Shown piece after piece: positions 1-10,124 of a stretch of 64,000 nucleotides of DNA (its first letter is position 1; every line of letters starts with the position of its first letter). The DNA comes from Pseudogymnoascus verrucosus. Its lineage: Eukaryota. The translations under genes were made by a program, and so were the position numbers. The DNA lies in the NCBI GenBank assembly GCA_001662655.1, contig KV460230.1; one strand, given 5' to 3'. The notes beneath the pieces were generated by a model that saw only the letters and a list, made by a program, of their open reading frames with translations, had not been told where the DNA came from and made no database searches.

Positions 1-34
1 AGGGCAGATCAATTGATTACTTCTACTATTTGTG

Positions 35-161
35 GTTTACGGTTAGGCCGGGCCAACCGTAAACCGGAAAAATCATGGTTGGACCGGCCAGTTCATGAAC
101 GGGCCGGCCAGTTCATGAACCAGAATAGTTCACGGTTGGGCCGGAACATATATCAACCCTG
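35..161. mobile_element. Terminus of a probable hAT-like DNA transposon with subterminal repeats
   Basis: Ends ...tatcaaccctg (reverse complement begins CAGGGTTGATA, a CAG-start TIR as in hAT elements). Contains GGCCAGTTCATGAAC twice and inverted AACCGT(A/G)AAC motifs. Family assignment is inference. Confidence 0.5.
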
Positions 162-299
162 AATTTGTTCCTATAATTATAAATTCGACTGTGTCCCTCT
201 ATTTATACCTCATCTCCTTCTCAGTTCGGGCAGAGGCGAATCGCCCTGGGAGAGGGAGGATGTGGCATTACCCTACGAGCAAGACGGTCTCCAATAACC

Positions 300-761
300 A
301 CATATAGGCTAGTAAAATCCATGACGCTATGTCACTTACAAGCTTCTTAAACCCCATCGAAGAGAGCGAAGAAGAGGATATAATTACTAATGAGAATACA
401 ATTCTATAGGAGGTAATATAGGAGCATTTGGGCCTACAATCAGCTGGAGCCGAAGCTGACGAAGAAGAAGAAGAATAGAACAGCCATTACTAACGCTACT
501 AGAAGCCCGCTAAGCTCTTTAAGTTCTTATAGAATATATAGAAGGATCAAATACGCTTGGGAAATCATATTCTAGGGCCTTAGAGCGCCTTACTACTGAT
601 ATTGAGGCTCTAGTAATATCATCAAGGCGGCAGAGTACTCTAGATAGTTGGTTTACATAGTCATTCAATTTTATCACGTGTTTCTAGTATACCGATATTT
701 CAATTATAACGATATAAAAGTCTGGTCAAAATTACATCGTTATAACAGGGGTCCGACTGTA
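300..761 (+). mobile_element. RIP-mutated 3' fragment of a pogo/Tigger-like (Tc1-mariner superfamily) transposon with right TIR and TA target site
   Basis: 481-660 translates as QPLLTLLEAR*AL*VLIEYIEGSNTLGKSYSRALERLTTDIEALVISSRRQSTLDSWFT*, with the QxTLDSWF tail typical of pogo transposases. Internal stops are TAA/TAG at likely Gln codons. TIR-like end ...cgttataacaggggtccgactg (to 759) is followed by TA. Confidence 0.75.
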
Positions 762-882
762 AGCGAATGCCAGCCTTGCTCAACGGCAAAAGGCCCCAAC
801 ATCTTTAAATACTTTCTTCCAGTGTCTCATTTTATTCCATCACGTCTACTATTATTGTGTATCTCCGTTTTTTTTTATAAAC

Positions 883-3800
883 ATGGTCGAAGCAGTTGCG
901 CTCGTTGGCCTTACTGGCTCAATCCTCCAATTTGTTGACTTCAGCTCTAAAGTTATTAGACGGCTACGGGATTTCCAGTCTTCGCTCAAAGAAAAACAAA
1001 ATATATTCAGCAACTTACTAGTCATACTACCTTTTATGAGAGACGCACTGGATGGCTTATGTAACCCGGATGTGACAAAATATTTGAGTGAACAAACTGA
1101 GGTTGTTCTTCACATGATCAGAGGATGCGTTGCTCAGGTTGAATTGCTTGAAGGGTTTATGAGGAGAACAATTCCAAAAGAAGATGAGACTTCATTCAAC
1201 TAAAGATGGAAAGCACTCTGTAGCCTTGCTCGCGAAGAGGATGTCAAGCAAGCCGCTAGGCGTCTTCGTCAGTTCTCGAATTTCCTGATCTTGCATCAAT
1301 CTATTCATACTTCGCACCTTAGCACTCAAGTGCTTAGTCGACTTACAGCTCTAGAAGAAATCGCCAAGACGGCAACTGAAACTTTTAATCAGTCGACTGG
1401 GAGCCGAAGAAAAGACGACACAGAATGTGTCTGAAAGCAATAAGGGAGATAGTATCCACTCCCTCATACAGCCTCAGCGACAAGTTAAAAGGCCAACTAC
1501 TTATTCAGATCAATCAGGCACACTATTCTTAAACGACAGATGTGGTTGTTCTTGCCACAAACTGTTGTCAAAGTCTGCCCGTTTCTGGTCTTGGAAACTG
1601 ACCTCACTTGCTAATCTTCTTTCCGCCTGCGACAGGCCATCTTGTGCGAACAAGACTATCCGTACGTCGGTTTACATCAGCCTCTCTCATTTCAACATTC
1701 GTCAAGCCATTCATCTTGGGTTGGGCTTTGCATGGGGCGAGAGTGGATGTTCATTGTCGTTTGTGCTTCGCCCTTCTCGAACTGTCAAATACACATCTCC
1801 CGGATTTGTGCTACTATGGAAATGCGAAACAATGCAACTTCGGTGGCCAGAGGCCCAAACGATGCTAGCAAAGCTCTTCAACGAAAAAGAAGCCTCACCG
1901 GAGGACGTTGACCCATCGGGGAAGACATGGCTAGAGGTAAGTTTACCATATTTGTTTTTAAGTCGAGAGCTAAATTTTAATGTATTTTAGAAGTTATTGC
2001 AATATCCATGGAAGTTCGGCTCTAAAGAAGCACAATTTGGGCTCTTCAAATTGCTGGTGGAGTCTGGCGCAAAGCTGGATACCGATATGTCGTAAGTTTA
2101 GAAGAAATTATGCTGTTTTACACTTCGTTGACTCTTGACATGTAATTTCTAGACTGCTATGTCTCTGTGCTCACTGGATTGGAGAAGCTCCACACTTGAG
2201 TACAGTGGAAGAATTACTAGACCATGGATATGATGTTTCGTTAGTAAACTCTCAGTCGTTATTGAGTTGGCCAGAGCCTTCCAACCCTTGCTGGATAAGT
2301 GAAGAAATGACCCCTGATCCCTTCTTCATTGGACTTATCGGAAAATGTGTGAAAAACGACCCTAGTGAGTATGTCTGCGTCGTCACAAAAACAATTGCTA
2401 ATGAATCTTCTCATGCACAGGTTTCGGCGACACAACCCCTCTCATGGAAGCTGCCTTAATAGGATCTGAACAAGAACTCCGTCAACACTTCTCGAAGTCT
2501 CATGATCTCAAAATAAATTTCTTGGGCCAATCTGTGCTTCACCTTGCCATATTGCGTCCTAAAGTTTTGCGGTGGCCCATCTCGATCTACGAGACTGTAG
2601 ATATGCCAGACAAGAATGGGACGACTCCGTTGATGTATGCAGCCGCATATGACAAAGCCGAATCAGCACTCCTATTGCTAGATCAAGGAGCTGATCCCAG
2701 AGTAACTGATCGGCTTCGGCAACGTAACTTCTTGGATTATGCGCTTACTCGAGACAACTGGAGCTTCATTACCGTAGTAGTTAATCATCTCAAACAACGC
2801 TACGAAGCCCACTCTTATCAAGGTATGCTTAACTACATCATGCAAGCATATGTTTTATCTCGCGAGAATCGGTGGGGGGAGAAGCATTTTCAAGAACTGC
2901 TTTCCATGGGAGCTGATTCCAATATGATATTTTATGACGAAAGCACGCTTCTCCACCAAACACAGGATGTTAATGAAGTAGAAGCGCTTTTCCGAGCTGG
3001 ATTTGTAAGGATTAATCACCAGGACAGGAGTGGCATCACACCGCTTATGAAAGTGGTTAGGTTGAAAAATGCCGCTTTAGTCGAAGCATGTTTAGGCAAG
3101 GGCGCTTCCATTAATGAGAGAGACCACAGGGGATGGACAGCACTACATCATATTGCTCAGGAACTACAAAAGTCAAGGAGCACCTCCTATGACCCCGATT
3201 CTGCGGATTGGTATTTGCTACTACATTCAGAGCTTCTCGATACAGTAAGACTACTTCTTCGACATGGAGCAGACCCTGCAGCAAGAGATCACTGTGTATG
3301 CGCTTGTTCACTCTCAGGATGTACACCTTCGACTGTCCTACTAGGAAAGGGAGATTTTCCATGTCTTTTTCCGAATGGGGATATGTGGTCGTTAGAATGG
3401 CTTCAGATATTATCAGAGCTTGGATCTGAGGATACTGGAGAGCAAAGGATGCTTGATTTGGTTAGAGTTAAGCAGTTCGAGAAGCGTGAATTGACTCATG
3501 TCTGCTGCCAGAGAGGCTTTTATTCGCAACTCGACGAGGACGACTTTCATGAAATTATAGACGAGGAAAACGAGGGCATACAGGAAGTTGACGAAATGAT
3601 GCAATGTTACTTAGAATGCGGTAGAGGCAATGTCCAGGAGAGATGGATTGAGCAGCTTTCATTGATGTCAAACCCGCAAGGAATACATTCACTGGACAGA
3701 GTCGTAGCTAACGGGCAGCGTAAGTTAAGACAGCCTCCTATCAAACCCTATTGGGACTTACATTCTAAGTGAACTAACACTTCATGGTGTATTAAAGGGT

Positions 3801-3997
3801 CTAGCAGTTAAAGATCCTATACGTGTCAATTCGTTCTCTAGATACAATATTAACACTGTCCGAGACAGATTCGAGGAGCACTTTGGCCCTCTATCTTCCT
3901 TTCCGCTACGAGAGCAAATTAATATGAAGGACTATTGCATCTGGCTCGAATACTACTACAACAATCAGGCAAAATTCAGCACATCGTATTCTGTTAA
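883..3997 (+). pseudogene. Ankyrin-repeat protein with SesA/HeLo-like fungal N-terminal domain (NLR-related architecture), disrupted; Starship cargo
   Basis: N-terminus MVEAVALVGLTGSILQFVDFSSKVIRRL. Ankyrin motifs GTTPLMYAA, GITPLMKVV and GWTALHHIA. Introns at about 1937-1990, 2092-2152, 2365-2420 and 3720-3804. In-frame TAA at 1201-1203, after which the frame continues RWKALCSLAREE. Frameshift near 1430. The last exon runs into antisense captain sequence at ~3998. Confidence 0.75.
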
Positions 3998-5974
3998 TCA
4001 TAAAACAGCCTGTCCTTCTTTGCTCTGTAGATCTTTAGTAACTAATAATGCATTTGCGATACGATTGCGTTCCGGCATAAGGTGGCGGATCAAAGGAAAC
4101 TTGCTAGCTGGTTTTGGTAAAGTTTCATCATCCTCTCCTTCTTGTTGCAATTGCCGTTGAGCCTCTTCATCGAAACTACCAGAGAACCACTTCTCTCTAT
4201 GTGACGCGCGAGCTGATTAGAGTAGATTACTTTTTTCAGTGTATAGTTTATGTCGCTCTTTGAACTAGGCTAAGCCTTTGTTAGGATTTAGAGGTATCTT
4301 TGCCGTCGCCTCCTTAATGCGCTTATTTAGCTCTTGAACTTCAGGCTGTTAATGAAACTCATCTTTCTCTTTGCATGTAAGGTCTCTAGGGGCGTTCTAG
4401 TCACGTCGATGACCTACGCTACATAACACCTTAATGTGTTTAGTAGATCTAACTTTGTTAGAGAACAAAGCAAATATATTCTCTTTAACAAGCCCTAACC
4501 TATAGTATTCCTTATATACAGCATCGCTTTTCTAACCTATAACTTGTTTGCGTATCTAAGGATCTTAACACAATTAGAAGATATTAAGTATAATATAGAT
4601 TAAACTCACCTTTAATCTTATTTACAACCCTAGCGCAGATTGCATAGATCTTCACATTGTCCCTATAGCTAGCACGTTTTGTAAGAGAGACGATTTAATC
4701 TTAGAGAGATACGAATGTTAGTGCCCTATTTTCGTGTACGCTATTTGAAGATACCATTCAAAGGACAGGACAGTTAAGGGCTTCGTCTTTCCATTTTAAA
4801 GTCCACGAATCTCTTCCTCTTAGCACGCGAGCCTTCAAAAGCTTTTCTAAAGTCTCAAAGTGTTTAAAAGCATTGTTAGCTATTACTATAGTAAAAAAAG
4901 ACATTACTCTATTATCTTATAGATTGTCTGTTAACTCTATAACGATCTTAAGGCTATGTCTAGTAAGCATTGCCTATAGTGTTCTGCAAAGTTACATACT
5001 TATCATTCTTATCATTACGTTTTCCTTTTAATAATCGCTAAACTACTATAAGCTTAAAAGTAAAACTGCTATTAGCCTCTCGTAACAAGTGAACATAGCA
5101 ATCCTAATTAGTTAGCAAATTATCGCACTTTTTAGACTTAACATACCTTATAAGCAATTACTTCATTTATTCCCCTATAAGAGCTTAACTCTATATAGGC
5201 ACTACCTCTAGCGCTACTATTAGCAAAGAAAAGCAAAGTAAACGATATCTAGAGCCTATAGCGCTTATATAGATAGTTATAATCATTAGAACACTATAGA
5301 TATGTTATTAGCATTATTAGGTCTATGTTAGTAACTAAGTATTTGTTATGTTTCTTTATACTTAGACTAAGGTTGTCTTTTAAAGATCTTTTAATATACT
5401 AGATATATGTTAATTAACATTTAATAAAAGGGGATTATAGATTATATACTAGCTACATTACTAACAATGTCCTTAGTAAGCTTAGATTTTATAGCTTAAG
5501 TATAATAGCTAACATATTAGTACTATATATTAACAATACTATAGACTATTAGAAGTTCCTTAATTTAACTATATTATAATAAAGCATAGTATTTAACAAA
5601 GTCTTTATATAGAGTGCTGTTATGTTATAGTAATGACTCTATCTCTATATCCTTTATAGCTAGAAAACTAATATATCTATTAGTAGCACTATACATAGTG
5701 TTAAGTCTTATGTACTTTTAAAATACCTCTCCTATGTCTATGTGCCTAACTTTAGTAGCGCTAGAGAGATATTTTTGTTCAACTTAACCTATTATATTCT
5801 TTTCCTTAAATGTTTTCTACTTAAAGTAGCCTTATAACTATGCTAGAGCAGCTTATTCTTCTTTAGAGAGAGTTTTTCACCCTATAGTTCTAGGGTCCTT
5901 AAAAGTAAATAAAGAATGTTGTAGATGGTAGAATTCAAAATCTAAACATAGCAGGAGCGTTTCTTTTATACCAT
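3998..5974 (-). pseudogene. DUF3435 tyrosine recombinase (Starship captain), RIP-inactivated and 3'-truncated
   Basis: Manual minus-strand translation gives DUF3435-type blocks: YLYKRYRL*ISFTLLFFANSSARGSAYIELSSYRGINEVIAYK (~5150-5280, catalytic R in S[G]AR); LTKRASYRDNVKIYAICARVVNKIK followed by a gtgag intron (~4610-4690); RKQVIG*KSDAVYKEYY (~4500-4555); GHRRD*NAPRDL (~4380-4420); LIRHLMPERNRIANALLVTKDLQSKEGQAVL (~4000-4095). Very TpA-rich. Candidate ATG at 5974. Confidence 0.85.
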
Positions 5975-5980
5975 TTTTAA

Positions 5981-6036
5981 GCTCACCCTCGCTTACCTTG
6001 CTTACCCTCGCTCACCCTACTCACCTTCGCTCACCT
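5981..6036. repeat. Degenerate ~10-bp tandem repeat (GCTCACCCTC) just upstream of the captain ATG
   Basis: gctcaccctc gcttaccttg cttaccctcg ctcaccctac tcaccttcgc tcacct, about 6 units. Confidence 0.85.
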
Positions 6037-6242
6037 AGGTACCGGATTATCTATAGCCATCTAAAGTCGCAGTGCATCGCGTTCATCGCGTCTCAATACA
6101 TGACCCACTTCGTGCGTGTCGACGTGGCTGCTATTAGGAAGCTAAGGGGGATAACCGGATTATCGTAAGGCATCAAAAACTTAAGGGCGGCGACGCTCAC
6201 CCGCTAGTCCAAATGGCACCGTCCTGAGTATTAATCCACTGA

Positions 6243-6307
6243 AAGCTTGAGATCGGTGGATTAGTAGTTGGGTGGGTGACCACCAGCGAATACCCACTGT
6301 TGTATGT
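6243..6307 (+). pseudogene. 5S rRNA gene, 3' half only (about nt 55-119)
   Basis: Identical to 18757-18821 of the intact 5S gene and followed by a T-run Pol III terminator. The 5' half is absent. Confidence 0.95.
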
Positions 6308-8285
6308 TTTTTTTGCCTCATTTTTTTTTGTTGCTTGTGTGGACTCTACTGTGGATAGTTGTCACGATCGTGGTAATAGGTATATCGCGGAATCGAGGCC
6401 CCTTATGGCATGAAGGGTGAGCAGGGGGTGAGTTGGATGAAAGCGAGGCAGAGGAACATTTTCATATCAACACCGAAGTTTGGCCATCGTAGCATACATA
6501 CCATAAGGATGAGAGCTTCATCCAACTCATGCGGCCCTGAGGGGACATCTCCTCAAATCTCTCATCTCGATGTAATGTTTCCACGCAATAGAATCAATGA
6601 ATTCCCGCACATCTTGTGTAGAGGCATTACTGAATTGTTGATTTTGAGGTCCGCCTGATTCATGCGTTTGGCGTCCGCAATCATCACACTCCTTCAGTCC
6701 AGATTTCCAGCCACAGCACCCGCTCCGGTGTTACTTCCCGACATGTTTGCGTTATTCACTGAGATCTGGCTAACTTCCTCAAGACTGTCACTTCTCACAC
6801 TGGACTCTTCCGAAGGACTTCGGTCTCGGTATGTTGTGAACGCTCCTCTTTCTCGGCTTCTTTCCCACTCAGGTTCCCGAGCGCCTTCACCTTCCATACA
6901 AGTCGATCCACCTCACAGCTCTAAATCGCCGTTCACTGACTGTAGGGTTTTTATGTGGTTACTGCTCACGAGCCTCTTATAACAAAAGGCCACCGTCCCT
7001 CAAGAGGAATCGTTAACCAAAAGTCGGCTAGACAAAACGTTTGACGTGTTGTACCGCAGTCGTAATGAGGTCGCGGGCGATTTTCAAAAACACAGTCATT
7101 CGCAAAGAAACTGATCGACGCCGTAAGTGGTGGCTTCTCTATGCGGTAGGTACGGTGGTTCTTGCTGTCGCTATGGTGTTCTCACCCCCGCTCTTCTCGT
7201 GATACGCCTTCTTGCCACCATCACCTGCCCACAATTCAAATTCTCGTCACCGCCACCCTCCCTATCGACACATTCATATCCCTACCCCTTCCCATCTCGG
7301 CGCCTGCCTGACCCCCGTTCCCGCGTGTTGGGCAGACTTGTCATGCTGCCGGAGGATATTCATCATGACTCTCTCTTGGTAATTCTTTGTGGGATTGAAG
7401 GATGTTTGAGGAGGAGCAGCGGGGTTTTATATTTCGAGACGGTCAGTGAGAGGGGTGAGCAGGAGCAGGAATTTAGACGGACTACTCTTTTATCCCGTGT
7501 CGAGGAGAAATCGGGAACAGGGGGGGGGGCTATATGATGGACTCTAGAATCTGGGAATACAGCTTGTTTCATTCACCGGCTACCGAAAAACCTTTTTTTG
7601 ACGTTGTGATTGTGGCCGAGAATATACCTTTTTATGTGTTGAGTGGTTTACTCAACCTCTTCGGCTTCTCGATATGGTAGACACGGTGGTTCTTGTTGTC
7701 GCGATGGTGCTGTCACCTTCCCTTCTTCTTCTCGTGACACGGGTTCTTGTTGTCGTGATGACCTTCTCACCTCTCCTTTCTCACCAGATAGATTCTCAAC
7801 CAGTAACCCCATAACCACCACACTTCCCACACCCACCGTTCACGAGTTTCGATTGTCAACATGTTACGCGCATTGGTTCCAGCAGCTTGTTTGTCCTAGA
7901 GAATTTTGTTTCATGCTGGATAGGCAATAGGAACGGCCGGAGCGAACACTAAATACCTAGAGCTGTTCTCGGCTTTGGCTTACTGCTGCTGGAATGAAAT
8001 GGCGATTTTCACTCTGAGGAAGGCGTTTTATACTTATTCCCTGTCCGCAGTGAAGAGCTCAGCTCAGCTGGTGAGCTTGGGGTCCGGGTTTTACTTTTTT
8101 TGTTCTTGGGGAAAGTGGGAAGAGCGAAGAGGGGAGAAGGGGGGATAAGGGGGGATAAGATGGGTGAAGGGGGGATAAGGGGGGATAAGATGGGTGATAG
8201 AGGATATATATATATATTTTTCATTCACTGCTCACCTTGGATATTTTGCTTCATTGACTAGTTCTATTGGCAGAAAATGCCTCTC

Positions 8286-8333
8286 GCGCATGCAAAGCGC
8301 ATGCAAAGCGCATGCAAAGCGCATGCAAAGCGC
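8286..8333. repeat. 11-bp tandem repeat (GCGCATGCAAA)x4
   Basis: Four perfect copies plus GCGC. Confidence 0.95.
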
Positions 8334-8779
8334 CGTATCCGCATAGCTAAAGCCGTAATACAGTGCATCTAAAACCGTCGAACGTAGATAAACAAACTGA
8401 TTGCGAAGACTGTCATATAGAGGCATATCAGTTCGTCGACCTTCGTTGGCTTCTTAGAAGCTTAACTTACTAACCTTAAACATGTTGAGTTATTTCATCA
8501 GATCTTTGAATAATGGTACAGGTAGTAGGGAAGCATAATTGTCGTATTCAAAGGATGAGGAGACATATCTGCATACCTCGCGATACGTATTCTTAGGAGC
8601 TTGCGTGTCACTAGGTCATTGGGTGAGAGTGTAGAGTTGTAGTTACACGGCATTGCTGTCACGCTGAGGTCCAATTACTGGAAAACCAGACACGAAATAA
8701 CTAGAGCTTCGACTCAATGATCCCCATCATCCTTTCTCCTGAACAACTGAATTAATACGGACCTGAGAACTTTGACACT

Positions 8780-9843
8780 ATGAGCTTCTGTTGTATTCTT
8801 TGTGATCGGTCCTTCAATATCAAAAACGCGCTACAACAGCACCTGCGGGATTCGCCAGCGCATGCCCTGTCCTTTAACTGCGATGACTGCGATCGATCTT
8901 TCAGTAGCGAGGAGGCACTGCAGCAGCACCTGCGGGATTCACCAGCGCATGCCCCGTCCTTCAACTGCGATGACTGCGATCGATCTTTCAGTAGCGAGGA
9001 GGCACTGCAGCAGCACCTACGGGATTCACCAGCGCATGCCCCGTCCTTCGATTGCGATGACTGCGATCGATCTTTTAATAGCGAAGAGGCGCTGCAACAA
9101 CACCTGCAAGATTCGCCAGCGCATGCTCCGTCCTTTGACTGCAATGACTGCGATCGATCTTTTAATAGCGAAGAGGCGCTGCAACAACACCTGCGGGATT
9201 CGCCAGCGCATGCCCCGTCCTTCGACTGTGAAACCTGCGATCGTCACTACGGCAGTGAGGAAGCTCTACAGCAGCATCTGCGGGACTCTCACGTTAACCA
9301 ACAGGATACGGAGACTCCTTTAGATGCCTTTTTCCGCTCTTTCCCAATGTTTGATTATGACCCTTCTCTCTCCCCCGCTACTTCTTATGCCAAGTTGCAG
9401 AGACACGAAGGATGGCACCGCGGGAATGCCGCGTCGGAAGATGCGTGGGACAGATACCAAGGTGCGCTGCAGAACGAACTACACATGTGGTATGGTGCAG
9501 AGAGCGATTTGACTGCGTGGCATGCGCTTTGTCGCGCGATCGGTGTCAAGCCGCTTCCAAAAACGAGCGAGCAATGCGAGCAGGTACGTACCGCATAACG
9601 AAAGTTGGTGGATTTATGATGACACGAATAAAGGCTGTGCGAAAGACACAGGTCAACATCGTTGATTTGATCGAATGGGGACGAAGTGGTAGTAAGGGAA
9701 GAGTTCGGACCTTTCGTGATGTAGAAGAGCTGCGAGCCTACACTAAGGAGACAGGCAAGATATTTCACAATATGTTCGCCAAAGAAAGCAGCAATGTTGT
9801 CTTGAGACACCTGCTTCGACATATCTTTCGAGTGAGCTTGTGA
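8780..9843 (+). CDS. C2H2 zinc-finger tandem-repeat protein with conserved fungal C-terminal domain; join(8780..9583,9634..9843)
   Basis: Six CxxC...HxxxxxxH fingers in 29-aa (87-bp) repeats, SFNCDDCDRSFSSEEALQQHLRDSPAHAP. GT-AG intron 9584-9633 joins CEQ to AVRKTQVNIVDLIEW. Confidence 0.85.
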
Positions 9844-10124
9844 AACAGAAACAAGGTCATCATAAGGTCGGACAGTAGAGTTACATCTGTAAATGCTGTT
9901 ATCTGATCCAGATCTACGTGATACAGCAACGGAGATTCTTGCTAATCTAGATCAATTGGAGCTTCAAGTTAACTCTCCTGATATCCGTTTAAGTCCGTGG
10001 AGAGTATAGGGTTATTTTAGTTGATCTTATTGGAAACTTTCCAGAGTATGTGGTCTATCCTATGTGAAGGGTTAGGAGGGGTGAAGATTTGCTGCCCGTA
10101 AAAATAATATATAATAAATTTGCC

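Larger units (their letters stand above)
1..6242 (-). mobile_element. Starship giant transposon, captain-proximal portion (element A), inserted in a 5S rRNA gene; continues left of the window
   Basis: The captain is the first gene, ~270 bp inside a sharp junction with a 5S 3' half and oriented inward. It is followed by NLR-like cargo and TE relics. Confidence 0.75.

Noticed and set aside
3924..4160. Stand-alone 78-aa ORF
   Set aside because: Chimera of the last ankyrin-gene exon and antisense captain sequence.
6410..6990. Possible minus-strand gene relic downstream of the first 5S half
   Set aside because: Short ORFs with stops and no recognisable domain, so no call can be supported.
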